A stretch of 64,000 nt of DNA from Leptogorgia sarmentosa. Taxonomy: Eukaryota. The translations under genes and the position numbers were made by a program. Positions within the stretch are counted from its first letter, which is position 1; every line of letters begins with the position of its first letter. The stretch spans positions 10,478,001 through 10,542,000 of the forward strand of contig OZ210885.1 in assembly GCA_964658305.1 (NCBI GenBank), read 5' to 3'. The notes beneath the pieces were generated by a model. The model saw only the letters and a program-made list of their open reading frames with translations. It did not search any database and had not been told where the DNA came from. Below, piece by piece: positions 1 through 13,356 of this stretch.

Positions 1-134
1 ATGAATAAATTATACAGCATATTTTGATGATATGGGTTTCTTAAACTATCAATAGTCCGGCAGAGATCGTCTTTGCCATTTTTCGGTAGAAAAAATTATT
101 GTTAGTAATAAACAATCAACTTGTAATATTTCAG

Positions 135-367
135 CGGTGTTGCAATAATTCCCAAAGAAAAGAAGGTATTGACAGCGTCATGGGATGGAAGTATCAGGGT
201 TTGGAACCTGGGAACTGCTGCGTACATGGAACAAAACAGTTTCTCTGATCATTCAAATGACGTCACAGATATTACAATCACTCGTGGTGACTCCAGATGT
301 GTTTCCACATCTACAGATGGAACTTTCAAAGTTTGGAATCTTCACACACAGTGCTTTTCTTTCACAG
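135..367 (+). CDS. WD40-repeat protein, first exon visible in window (gene begins upstream)
   Basis: tttcag acceptor and cag/gtatag donor; GVAIIPKEKKVLTASWDGSIRVWNL...HSNDVTDITITRGDSRCVSTSTDGTFKVWNL contains two WD40 blades. Confidence 0.9.
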
Positions 368-1668
368 GTATAGTTCAAATTGTCTATTTGGGCCAGCTTT
401 CTTATAAATAGGTTGCGGACGTTCTCGTTTTCATTTCATTTCACTAAACTCATTTTCATTTTACTAAATTCATATGAACCTAACCTCAACCTTGTTAATT
501 TTTGTGCTTCAAGTACTGTACCATGTTCAAAAACTACTATTTTTACGTAGAACAAATTTACCTGGAAATTCAAATCTTGTAAAACTCGTGTAAAATAAGC
601 AAATCGGAATAGTTAATAGAAACGTTCTTGTCTGCGCAACGCTCTGCACTGATATGAAGACAGAAAACCGGTGGTTAAGTACATTTGAATGGATAGCAGG
701 CTTTCGTAGATTAATTAGGCCTACGTTAATTGCCTTTTGATTTGTATTCCCTAAGATAATTGCATGTAAAGAAAAGAATTCCTTTGGTATTCTTATAACC
801 GATCGTAATTACAAAATTTCAACTAGTTTCATGCAGAATGACGATATAAACCTCCTTGAAAACAAAACAATACAGTAAGCTAAGATATTTTATATTTTGA
901 TGTTTCGCTCGTGTTTTGTCTGTCATTGTCGTCTGTGTGTATCAAATATTCCATATCTCTACACTATTCCTTGTATTCATATAATAAACAAATTACTTCA
1001 TGCGCAGTTGGCTCGTTTGTTCGAATTTTATTATTTGCGAATCGTAAGGTACACATCTCTATTTAGCATCATTGACGAAAGGGAAATGTTTTATGAGATT
1101 TGGCGACTGTCTAAGATGGAAAGACAATACATAGAGATTGGCTACTTCACGGTTGGCGAGTGCATACAATTTTTATTTAACAATTGTGATGGATCGCTAA
1201 ATACGATCTTAGCTTATACGATCGTGAGCTTAGCGATCACAGCGAGTATATAACGGTACAAACGAGCAACTGGGAAGTAATTTGTTTATTACAGGAGTAT
1301 AAAGAAGATGGTAGAGATACGGATATTTGATACTGAAAGGCAACAATTTAAGTTTCAGTGTGCGTTTCCAGTCCGTTCTTTTGATAGTTTATGGTCTAGT
1401 CCATTAGAATAAGGTTCAATATGCGACCACACTCTAAATTCCGAAGTGTTCAGCGAACACTAAATAAGTGTAAATTTGCCCAATTTTGGTGTGGCTAAAT
1501 GGGTGAGAGGGCGCGAATATTCCTATATCGTGTTTTGCATTGGTTAATTTCTTTGGAAATCCCTCCTATTATCGCAAATAAATACAAACCAGATTTTTTT
1601 ATGAAACTTATATATATTTAAAATATTGACAAATGATCCAGCATGTGGGAACAATATTATATATTACA

Positions 1669-1869
1669 TTACAATATATATTTGCATCTTGACTTTTCAC
1701 AATCCGCTAAATCGTATCGCATTCTAATGTACTTTCTCACAATTCCACCAGTTCTTACATTATAAATATCTAAAGGATGGTAGTCTAGTAGTTCATCGTA
1801 ATTTATTCCTACAAAGTTATTTATCAATGCAACGTCATATGAATTTACAAGTAAAAAATACATCTCCAT
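1669..1869 (-). pseudogene. Probable DNA-transposase C-terminal remnant (EnSpm/CMC-like)
   Basis: LLDYHPLDIYNV...KYIRMRY resembles the DYxPLxxY C-terminal motif of animal EnSpm-type transposases; recalled similarity only. Confidence 0.35.
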
Positions 1870-2058
1870 TTGTGATGATGAAAATATCTTCTATGATAAA
1901 AAATGGCAATATCGAATGCTGGTAGACAACTGCTGTGTAGGTTCCAGATATAATAACATCAACAAGCAACAAAAGTTCTACTTACTACCTAAACGTTAGA
2001 AAACAAATTCACTGCCTATATCGTTCAGTTGGTGAGTAGAACTTTTGCTGCTTGTTAA

Positions 2059-3098
2059 AGGTGGGTTACAGTCCCTTCTGCGCATGTGCGCTGAGTTTGT
2101 TTTGAGTAGGCTACTCATGTTACAATCATAACAAGTTCCCAGTCCTACAGAGTAATAACAACACGCGCGGCCGCCTAAATGTTTTCGCTGTCGTGGGCTG
2201 CAAGGAGCGATGGCTGATCCAGGCGCGTCAAGTTCCGCAAAAAACCTTCAAATACTAAGCGTCGTTGCATATCTGACGCTAGAAAGGTATATGACAAGAA
2301 AAGAGACGCATCTTTCGGGCGGTGGAGAGCGTTCAAACAAGAACGCAGCCTGAAGACTGACCAGAATGTGGCAGATTTTCTGCTCGATCATTTAATACGG
2401 ACGGAGAAACACGTTATGGTGAGCGTGTTGATAATATAACTAAACCTTCGACCTTTTATGATGATTTTACGCTTTTGGCCTTTGTCTTCACAAGAACAAT
2501 CAACCCCTATTCGTAATTCATATATTTTGCTAAAAAGCTTTAACGAATATTGAATAAGTTTTGGGGTATTCTTACAAATACAAATTGACATGTAATGACT
2601 TGGGGGCGAAACAACTTGGGGCGAATCGACTTGGGGGCGAAACGACTGGATTCCACACCGAATACATATAAAATATGTAAAGGGAAGTACATTATTAAAG
2701 CGTAAAATCATCATAAAAGGTCAAAGGTTTAGTTATATTATCAACACACTCACCATAACGTGTTTCTCCGTGCGTAATTATCGAGCAGAAAATCTGCCAC
2801 ATTCTGGTCAGTCTTCACGTTGCGTTCTTGTTTGAACGCTCTCCACCTCTCGAAAGCTTCGAATAAAAATATCTTAGTTGCGTCTCTTTTCTTGCGCTTA
2901 GTATTTCAAGGGTTTTTCTGCGGAACTTGACGCGCCTGGATCAGCCATCGCTCCTTGCAGCCCACGACAGCGAAAACATTAGGCGGCCGCGCGTGTTGTT
3001 ATTACTCTGTAGGACTGGGAACTTGTTATGATTGTAACATGAGTAGCCTACTCATAACAAACTCAGCGCACATGCGCAGAAGGGACTGTAACCCACCT
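2059..3098. mobile_element. Fold-back non-autonomous DNA transposon, Kolobok-type ends
   Basis: TTAA at 2055-2058 and 3099-3102; AGGTGGGTTACAG...CTGTAACCCACCT termini; ~400-bp inverted arms around a ~220-bp spacer containing three ~17-bp ACTTGGGGGCGAA repeats. Confidence 0.85.
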
Positions 3099-3305
3099 TT
3101 AAAGTATCCAGCCATATTAGATACAGTATTTAATGCACTCTCCAAGATTTTTCTTTTCATTGTATATAAATCCTTAAATTGCAAAGATTTCTGCATTAAT
3201 TTTAATAACGCGTCCAACCAGATCATTTGTGACTGTTACAGAAAATATCCTTTTAATGTTTACTTTAATTTCTGAATTGATTATTTTTTCCTTCCTCATT
3301 AATAG

Positions 3306-3415
3306 GTGACCTTGAATGGGCAAAACATGTTGCAGTCTCTGCTGATGATCAATATGTCGTGTCGCTGTCAAAGGATGGGAATATCTTCCAGGTCTCGACG
3401 GAGTCCTCGATAAAG
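3306..3415 (+). CDS. WD40-repeat protein exon (not in ORF track)
   Basis: aatag acceptor, aag/gtgtag donor; GDLEWAKHVAVSADDQYVVSLSKDGNIFQVSTESSIK; phase 1 to 0 joins the previous exon to VWNL of the next. Confidence 0.85.
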
Positions 3416-4450
3416 GTGTAGTACACAAGCCTATACTAGTCATACTGTGCATATAAAAATACAAAACAATAGAAACATCCAAACACAAGAAATGTTTTGA
3501 ATTGTCTGTTCCACGTTTGGACTCGGCGTATTCATTATTAGGAATTTATACCGATTTTTTACAAACCATGGGTACATATACTTGTGAAATGTGAAACGCA
3601 TTAATAATTCATGACGAAAACAAAGAGGAAATCGTCAGCGTGCAAGTGTCAGTATATGTAATACGCAGATTTCGGTTGACTGGCATAAACTAAAAGTCTA
3701 TAACTTTGATTTTCTGTTGCTATATGCCTATATCAGATGTGTTTTTAAACTGGAAACTCTGGCTTAAACTGCACGACATCCGCGTTTTGGGCTTTGTTTT
3801 GAAACCTGTAACTTCACATTTAATCCATTCCAGGACTTCGTACTGACATATCTTAAACCAGAACCGAAAGAAATGTACATTTACATATAATATATAGTAA
3901 GAAAGCATAAGAATGTCCGTTTGAAGTAGGTTATATTTTAATATTAAAAATAGTCTAGTAAAATTGTATATCAGTATATATGGATTATTATTATTATTAT
4001 TATTAATAATGACCTTGGATTTTGGAATCTTAAAGATTGAAATACATCCATAGGCATAACAGCATGGTTACCTATTACATATAAAATATCAGAGTATATG
4101 GTAAAAATGTTAAAAACTAAAAATTCTAAAAAACTGTTGATTAAAACTAAGCGTTAGTACTAAAAGTTATTAAAACGTTCAACAGAGGACGGAATAAAAG
4201 AGTTTTTGAGTACGAGCATTGAAGCATTGCCTTTCAATTTCATAAACAGCTTTAAATTTCGACAGATTCAGTAAGTTACTAACTTACCATGTGTTATGGA
4301 ATGGATTATCATGCAAGATTTAAGACAAACTATACATCAACTTCATTCAGACCTATATGATGACGGTTTCAGGTCAACGTACTCATAACCCACGATAGAT
4401 AATAATTGAAGTATGAATATGTGACCAGTGTAGGTAGCAGATGGCAACAT

Positions 4451-4635
4451 CAACAACAAATAAAGGTCTACTCAATACCTATAAGGGATATACAAATGGA
4501 TTTGACGTTTCCCGCAAAAGGGCCTCGTCGGGAATTAGTGTAACACACTATTCGATCCCTCCGAAGGGCCTCTGCTCGAAACGTAAAATCTGTTTATATA
4601 ATTTAGGTAGTGAGTAGACTCTTTGCTGCCTGTTA
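4451..4635. repeat. Palindromic repeat with degenerate hammerhead-like cores (Penelope-associated type); relatives at 1961-2056 and 5711-5790
   Basis: Imperfect inverted arms (..tctactca..acct / aggtagtgagtagac..); CTGANGA..GAAAC-like motifs on both strands. Confidence 0.5.
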
Positions 4636-5171
4636 ATAAAGCCACTACCAACACAACTGAGTACTATAAATACAACTTTTATTTGTATTTTATGTAGTTA
4701 GATAATCTGGAAGCAGATTAACCCGATCGTAAAATACCCCCATTACTAAAATCCCCACCATGCAATTTGTCATCTATACGGGAAACACACTTACAGTACT
4801 ATCTATTTTACCTTGCTGGAAGACCCAGCAACAACTTACTGAATGCTGAAGTTCTGTCATGTACGAGTTTGCATTTTGGTGATGCGACACATGATATATA
4901 TTGTTCAAGATCTGTACCTATATAGATATGTATAATTGACGTTTGATATAGTCCAATTAATATGAGGCTCGATATAATCCTGTATATAATCGATGACTAG
5001 ATGGGGCAAGAATCGTGGAAAAATTCATTGTGGACAACGCATGCATAAATAGTAATACTTGTCAAATGGTGAAAGAAATCATATTACAACTCCCCCCGCT
5101 CGTGCAGTGGAGGAGGTCTCATGCAGTTTACAATTTATAACGTTCCTGTAACGGGATGGTTGTTCACACAG

Positions 5172-5650
5172 CCGTTGAACAAAGACCTCAACGGGTAGTA
5201 CCCAATATTTCTCAATTGAGAACACGGGTAATGCCCACGCTGGACTATCGCCTAAGCTTGCTAATCGGCGTTTCAGTATTACTCTTGATATAGTTATATA
5301 GTGTTAGATATAAACCATTTTTCTATATACTAAGAATTTCCTTAATCCCAACCCAAACCCTAGAATCCTAACCCTGACCATTGTGGTCAGAATAATATTG
5401 AGGAAAAAAAAGTTTTCATCACTAACGCTGAAAAAATGTGTCGAACTGGGGTTTGAACTATAGAACTGCAACGCACGCACCGCGTGCCTTACCACTTGAG
5501 CCACATCGAGCTCGCTACTCACCACTCTGGCCTGGCTAAATGCATATGATTATAGACCCGGGCAATCACTGTTCATAATTTACCAGGCCAGGCTACTTAG
5601 ACGATAGTCCAGAAATATCGGGTACTACCCGTTAAGGTCTTTGTTTAACG
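5172..5650. mobile_element. MITE with ~50-bp terminal inverted repeats and a tRNA-like internal segment
   Basis: ccgttgaacaaagacctcaacgggtagtaccc...gggtactacccgttaaggtctttgtttaacgg; A/B-box-like minus-strand segment at about 5440-5510. Confidence 0.6.
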
Positions 5651-6764
5651 GGTGGTTCACATGTAAGATTGCGCCATGCACTGAATAACTACATTAGTGA
5701 ACACACCAATTTCTGAGGAAGGACGTTTCATCGAAACGTTAAATCTGTTTCTATCGTTTAGGTGGTGAGCAAGACTGTTGCTCTTTGTTGAATTTCCTAA
5801 AACAACCCGTTAAAACTCTGACGCGAATAAAACTTAAATATTTTGAAGTTGAATATTCTTTTTTATCAATTGCCTGCTCCGTATCTGCGATTTTATACCT
5901 TCCCGAGCATTTTAACAACGGTTGAAATATTTGCTAACAAGTATCTAGCCCTATCTGACTTTTCCACAATTGGCCACCGTTCCATGGCGGTTCCATTATT
6001 AGTCTAACGAACACTCCAATAGACTCCTGAACTCAAGCAAACAAGGCAAACTTTCTGCAGTAGCTTTATTCACGCGGTTGTATACATGCAGTTAAACTGT
6101 TGAATGCATAAATAAAGTATGAACACATAAATTGAACAAAATCATTACAAAGATTGTGTTACTGAGAGTAATGTGCTTTCCAGCCTTTATATCCACTGAT
6201 CTCGTACTACCGGATTTATCATCCTTTTGGATTCAGTGATTTCAGTCTGGAATTTTGAAGTTAGAAAATTTCTAATGAGATAAGATTATAAAATGAGTGA
6301 CATTGATCGCAGTTTCCGTAAATCGCAACATTCATGGTCAGATTATAAAGAAAATGTCTTTTGCAGTTTAAGACATACACAGAGCTGGTCATAATTTTTC
6401 TAGTGCTTTCTAGAACGTTTTAACAGCTTTGTAAAGAATCACACAGCGTACATCTTCGTGTGACCTCAGTAGTTATTCACGGGCAAATTTTAAAGGAAAA
6501 AGACACAATTTTTGGAGGAAATTTATTCAGGCAATGTTTAATAAATATTTCAAGTAATAACCTAAAACTGCAGGAACTTCAAAAGCACCACAGTGGATTT
6601 TAGATGGTGTCACCAATATTAGCACATTTTGTTCATTTATGCAATTCCGAAGCTTTGTCCAGTCATATTCTAGGTCTGTTCTTAATACGTATATCTCGGA
6701 AATTAAAACGTAAAACCTATTCTAGAACGTATTAACTAATTTGTTGTGCTCTATCCCAATCCTT

Positions 6765-7693
6765 AAAAATAGGTTCGCAAAGCGCACATGTATCTGCGAA
6801 TGGTGAAGCAGAACTGACGGATGAGTCGTCGGAAAGCGCAATCGGACATGCTAAAAAGTCCAGGTTGCGCTTAAATCTACCGCTAAAGTAATGGTTTGCA
6901 AGCAATAAATGAACCTAAACTAAAGCTAACCCTAAATATGAAACTAATCGACCCCAAAGCCTAACGCACAAAACATTTAAACCTAGAACTATACTCAAAC
7001 AGATTTCCTAAATCAGCATGCTGTCTTATTAAATAAGCGATGTTTAGTTAGTGTTGACTGTTCTCATATACAGCATTTCTCACCTTCCTCCTTCGACTCT
7101 TTCGTGAAAAATACGAGGAAATTCCTTGGGAAAAAACTTTCTTTGCGCCTCCAATATGTATAAACTATGGCTTTATACTGAATATCGTGGGATTACCCAA
7201 TATTACATGTAAATGTCATTAAATTATTTAATTATATCGTTTTGGCCTTATTTCAATTTTGACCGCCATCTTGAATATGATTAGATTTAACCTGCGAACA
7301 GGCTACTTCAACAGAATGTATCCAGTTTTTATATAGCGTGCTGTGACAAAACCGTTCATGAGTCGGCCATCTGGACAGTGTGCTCTGTACGCATTTTCAA
7401 TTTACAAATCGAAAGGCCGATAAAACAGCACGCTGCCGTTTCAAATCCTTTGTTAAATTACAACTGCACATTGACACGGACCTGCAAAGTCAAGATTGTT
7501 TGCTTAAAGCGTCGTACTTAAACACTGCACTTCACATTTTCGCAAAAATCCGATCGAACATCGCCTTCACTCCTCGAACGCCGCCATCTTGCATCACGTA
7601 ATTATAAGCAAAAGCTCGTCGCTGATTGGCTAGAAGCTAACAGCTAACAGCTGAAAGATCATAGCATAGTATCTGCGTTCGCAGATACGAAAA
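6765..7693 (-). mobile_element. HINE/DINE-1-like (Helentron non-autonomous) element
   Basis: 5' palindromic TATCTGCG..GCAGATA, 3' subterminal CGCAGATAC plus a short hairpin and T tract; same ends as 19026-20308. Confidence 0.6.
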
Positions 7694-8324
7694 CTGCATA
7701 ACTTCCGGTTTATAATCGCTTTAAGTAGCACGCATAATATTTAACAGTTATTCTGCGAACTCGAGTCGTATATGCGCTGATAGTCGTTTAGCGTTTAAAC
7801 TATAGCTAGTTTTAAATTTCAGCAGTTTTCATCTGTATTTTTCTGCATTTGAAAGTACAGTAATACAAATTTTACCGTTGTAAAATGTCAACAAACAGCA
7901 ACAAGCGATCCAACTCAATCAAGCGATGAATTTTATAGCGTCGAGTCCGGTTTTCCAGATTCAAAACTGCACAATTAGCATTTACTCACTAAACTTCTTG
8001 AATTTTATTCTTTTAATCGATCGCAAAGACGTTTTTAACTGTTGAAAACTTCAATTCCGGCTTCGCTCTTTCAGCCATTTTGTTTACATTTCTGTACTAG
8101 CAGGATATGAGCTAATATCCTGCTAGTAGGGAGCCAATCAGATTGCAGAATAGCTCATATCCAGCGCTTGTGTATATAATAAAACTAATTAAACCTATTT
8201 ACAAAGTCATTCATGTACGTGTTAGTTATTATATTCATAATTAGTTTTGCTAAAATCAATGTAGTCACAAGTTTAAAGCGTTCCTTGCGTATCACACAGA
8301 AAAACGTTTCCTTTTATTTTCAAG

Positions 8325-8733
8325 GTGTGGAATTTGTCTGATGGCAGTGTGATCAATGAAATTGATAGCGATGGCACACCTGAGATTGTTCGCTTTAGTT
8401 CTGATGGGTTGCAAGTTATAATTGGATGCAAAGATAACCATGTGTTCATCTGGGACTGGCAAAAGCCTGATGCGTTTTTGAAAGAAGTCATTTTACCGGC
8501 GTCCTACACAGAGGAATTAGCATGCGATCGCAACATGATTTACACATGCAGCCGGGATATGCATACTTGTGAAATCAATCTAGACTCACTACAAGTATCG
8601 ACTGTTCGTCAAGGGTCGAGCGTCCCACCAGTAATATCACCCGACGGTAAAATAGTATTATTTGGGTCGCTTCAGAATAATGTGTTTTTCCACGGGAAAC
8701 TGTCAACAAATAGTTTGGTCGAGCATAATGCAG
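8325..8733 (+). CDS. WD40-repeat protein exon
   Basis: ttttcaag acceptor, cag/gtgggt donor; VWNLSDG...VRFSSDGLQVIIGCKDNHVFIWDW; phase 0 to 1. Confidence 0.88.
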
Positions 8734-9179
8734 GTGGGTAAATGAAGGAATATTTGAAACTTCTAAATACTTTTAAGTCATTGATGCGACTACAGGGTAT
8801 TGTACCATCTTTATACACGCAAAATTTATGTTTGTGAAATATCCGTTTTAGTTGACAATATATTTCTCCGAAAAAAACAGTGCATTCAAATTACTATTAG
8901 ATTCGATTTAGGAAATTGTTATGGCTTCACATGCTATTTTCTGATTACGAACAATACAATGAAAACGGTTTCATCGCGAGTATCTACAAGCTGATATGCA
9001 TTATTTAGGTCGTGTTGCATGTAGAGAAAGAATACCAAAACTACAAGATTGCTGTGGTATATAGAAATCCTATAGGATTTGCAGCACATCGTTGCTGCGG
9101 TGAATGTAAATCTCAATGCATTTTTAGCTGATCAAGAATTTTTCCCGTCATCCTTTTCAATTTATTTGCATTATACATA

Positions 9180-9695
9180 TATGTTATTGACTGAGTGTGA
9201 GGTCCGTACTGGAGGATACTGCACGGTCGAGTTCTTCTCGCGCTTGTTTATGGACCGAGCCGAAGGCGAGGTCCATAAACAAGCGAGAAAAGAACGAGAC
9301 CGTGCAGTATCCTCCAGTACGGATCGAACAAACTCAGTCAATAAGCTATTTATTATATGGCAAAAGATAAACAAAACTCGTTTACAACAATTCAACACTA
9401 TGAACAAAGCCGGTAAACGGCTAATTAATATAAGAACAGCTGAAGAAGTTCGCTAAAAATTGTTCTCTAAAATGTTATTGGCTACCAAAAAAAGAACAAA
9501 ATGTTGAAACAAAAAAAGAACAGAATTTTCAAACATGTTTTTAACTTATTTCGTCTTCGTTGTCGCTTGATTCAATAAACAACCGACGTCGCTAAACGTG
9601 AGCGGTCCGTACTGCAGGTTACCGACCGCTAAGGAACCAATCAGGATGCTGTATTTTAGCAGACGAACCGCTCAGAACACTTGCCATATAATAAT
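9180..9695. mobile_element. Non-autonomous interspersed repeat (Crypton-like architecture); related types at ~7740-8180, ~12555-12700 and ~59808-60268
   Basis: Internal inverted repeat ccgtactggaggatactgcacggtc / gaccgtgcagtatcctccagtacgg; CCAATCA box near the end; no TIR or TSD. Confidence 0.45.
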
Positions 9696-10521
9696 GTATG
9701 TTATGTATATTTACTTTTGACCTTATCAAGATTAGTTCAGTTATCTCACTGTTTGGAAGTGCTATAAAGGACCCCAACTACGAGCCCCAATTCTGTAGTT
9801 CCAGTCATTTTTGACGCCAATATTGTATTTCCTGGGTTATCCTGCTGTTAAAAATGCGGGATCCAGTCAAAAATAAATTATCCATTCGACTGTCAGTGAT
9901 GAGTTTGACCATCTACGATTTCCATTATCGCGCAACTTATACCTTATTAATCCTAAAACTGCATTGTTCGTAAAACTGCATGATGCCGATCTGCTACTGA
10001 AAACAATGCGATCTTGGAAAAAAAAGAAAAAACGTAATTGTATGTAATTTGTCCCAATTGTTAAAGATCTGGGTGTAACAGAGTGTATTTGTCTGAACCT
10101 GCTCGGCATGCAATGATTCACGACAAAACCAAGTATATAAAGATTTTATATAATGACAAGATGGACTATTAGGACAGATTTTATATAAATTGGCTCAAAT
10201 CCTATGTTAAGAAGTATTTCTTATTCCATGACATTATTTTCATTGAATATAAACATCTCAAACAAGTTTATGAATGCAAAACAATCCGGTTAACAATTGA
10301 CGTGCAGTTGTCTTGGAAAAATAAATGCGTGAATTACTGCTGGATAACCGTTTCTTTAGCACAATATCCTTATTTTGATATATAACGCTATTGTTAGTCC
10401 GCACCATAGCCAGAATTCGCGGACATTTCAGCCCGCGCTATCTTCCGAGCGGCTGTACGAACAATGTCCTCAGAATTCATCAATACCCCCGGATTTCCCT
10501 CAGCGTTTTCTCATCAAAATC

Positions 10522-10785
10522 AAAATGCCAAAAACAGCTGGTACTGAGAAACATAGTCCAACTGTCGAAACCATCTAAATCATCCGACTTTTTTCAATAC
10601 GCATCTCTCCTCGTGAGCAGTCTTAGCCATTCTGAATTTAAATTTTCACGCGTTGCTTTTTGGCAAAGCGCGTTTGCTGATGAATAGAGTCTCGGACTCA
10701 CGGCACATCTATAGGAAAAGGCTGCACCTCGGGAAAAATTCTTTCTCGCTCCACATTTTGGTACCGAACACGGCATAGTATGCAT
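10522..10785 (-). pseudogene. Degenerate THAP zinc-finger remnant
   Basis: CSVPKC...W...R then an in-frame stop, then CFWHF: C2CH THAP-like spacing. Confidence 0.45.
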
Positions 10786-11204
10786 TTTACTCTTGGGACA
10801 TATTGGTGAACGATAAACCTCAGTTCAATACTAAACGTACACGATTGTTCTGATAACACAATGGACTTTATGGACATGGTAACTTGAAAAAGCAGAGTGG
10901 CTATAGATCGCTAAAACATCCAAGATGATGAAACCAATTCAAAAGCCATTCGTTCAAGCTAAAAGATCTCATCGATTGTTGTCTAAGTATCCTGAAATTT
11001 GAATTTCAAGCTTATCTTTCCGAAAAATATGTTGTTCCCCCATCAAAATTATAAGTTTATTTCTTTGAGTATTACTCGCAAAAAGCGGAGCCCGGCGTAA
11101 AAGTTTATGGTAATTTGTGTTATTCACTGACTTGCTGAACTTACAAAATATTAATTGATATACTTGACAACTTCAAATGACTTTAAACGTTTTACTTCTT
11201 TCAG

Positions 11205-11809
11205 GTCACCCTGACTACTCGATAGTTACAGCAATTGACATCACATCAAATGGGAAATTTGCTCTGTCTGGAAGCAGTTCAGGAACATTGTCACTGGTTG
11301 ACATAGAGTGTTCTAAAATAGTTCAAACCTTCGCAAAGACCGAATCTGGAGTCGCCATACGTTTTGTGTGCTTATTAAGTGATGATGTCCGTTTCGTTTT
11401 TGTTGACGAGGCAAACAGGATCGAACTAAGAACTTTTATTGATACCGAGGCCAGCATTAATTTGGGTCAACCAGAAGTTAAAGTAAACTGCATTACTGCT
11501 CTTGGTTCAAACTATGCATTTCTTGGTTGTGATGACGGAGAACTGTTATGGTTTCATCTTAACAATAAATCGCAGTTGAAATTCCCAGCGCACAAGGATG
11601 CTATTTCTCAAGTTAAAGGCGAGGTAGGAGGTCATGATCGTTCTCTTCACTTTGCATCGGGGTCTATCGGTAGGTCTGTGAAGCTTTGGAATGTTGAAGA
11701 AAACTTGCCGACGTTAATATGGTCACATGACAACATTTGTTCGGATTCCATTACCGCGTTAGAATTCGTGCCCCGCTCGGATGATATCATAGTTGCTTCT
11801 GGCAAAAAG
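11205..11809 (+). CDS. WD40-repeat protein exon
   Basis: tttcag acceptor, aag/gtatgt donor; GHPDYSIVTAIDITSNGKFALSGSSSG...AHKDAISQV...ASGSIGRSVKLWNV; phase 1 to 0. Confidence 0.9.
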
Positions 11810-13356
11810 GTATGTATATCATTTTCCAAACGAGATTTTCAAATGTTATTTTTGGACGTGTTACTTGTTGTAGGTTGAGCTGTAATTCAAATTTCATAAT
11901 GTAAAACATCACATGCACATACACGTTATGAAAAGTTTCTAGAATTATTGCAAATTAACTTGGCCCCAATCTTCCTTTTGAAAATTGGGAAGCAAATTCG
12001 GAATAAATCCCCATTGTTCACACCATGTCAGGAAGAAATCAACCAAATTAATAGTTTTTTTCTTGCTGGATTTTTCTTTCATTGCCAGAAACGTGCGAGC
12101 CGCGATGACGCAATAACCCAAAGCTATAATTTTAAAATGAATATGAAAAAATTCCATACTATTTTGTATAAGACGGCGAAACCTTTAAAATTAAAGTATG
12201 CGAAGGCATATTTGCGAATAACATGGGCTAGAAATCGAGCGATCAGGTTAAAACAATTAAATTAAATTAAATCTCGTCCTCGAACAAAACAAAAGTCTAA
12301 ATGCTTGCAATGCATTATACATAAGTTAATAATGGTCGTGATAAATAACATTTTCTACGGAATGCATGTCAGGGCAAACCCCGAACAAATTTCGAGATAC
12401 GAAGGCACCACAACTTCTTTTTCCCACCATCATGTGTTCTTTGTAGAAAATACATTTTCAGAACAGTAAAATAACTTTGCCGAGTTCTAAAGCTGTCGTA
12501 AATTGGCGATGTTTTACTCGATTCTATTCGCAAAGGTTGTTTTCTCCTTAACAATAAGATTACGAGTTCGAGATTTCTATTTAACAATTAGATCACGAGC
12601 TCGAGATTTCTATGAGGTGATGAGTTGATGAGGGCGAAGCCCGAATCAACTATCATCTCGTAGAAATCGAGAGCGAGTGGATTTAATTGTTTTAGTAGAA
12701 TCAGAGATCAAACATGAAAATATTGCGAAAAATAATTTAAAAACGCGTCTCAGAAGACATTTTCTTGAACGAAAATTCACATGTTTTGCTACTCGCTAAC
12801 GCAATTTTAACGTTATACTATTGTTCATTATTGTTTGCAGTTATTTGTATGGATAAGAACGTAGCTAGGCAATCTAAAATGCCTCAAATCATTCAATAAT
12901 GATTTAGTATTGTCAGAGTCCACATCCCACATGTATTTGATCATGTGACATTGATTATCAGGCGAATTACAACAATTAAATAAATCTGTTTAATTGTTCA
13001 ACCATGTGCGTAACCATGTGCGTAACGCAAAAACAGCAATTTGAATAGAATTAACCTTCATGTTCATTTATTAATCATTTTCCACACGTATTGCAGTAAT
13101 TTAACTGTAATTTAGTGAACGTGACTGCTGAAATATAGATGCATTGTAATTGCTAAACGCAAGAGTTCAATTAGATTTACACACTGTCACAATGTTTCCT
13201 GCACATAAAGTACATAATACTTGATAAATATAAATGCAAATCCTCGGTGAATTGTCTGTTAAAACGTTAGGGGACGACACAATATTCATCCTTTCAGCCA
13301 AAACAGTTGGTGACTTGTGTCATCCCCCTCCACGATTCACCTCTTGCCTTCATTCA

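Noticed and set aside
897..1253. 118-aa + strand ORF as an extra WD40 exon
   Set aside because: No WD40 motif, and the flanking exons already join in phase without it.
3174..3488. Minus-strand 104-aa ORF as a nested gene
   Set aside because: It is the antisense shadow of the + strand WD40 exon 3306-3415.
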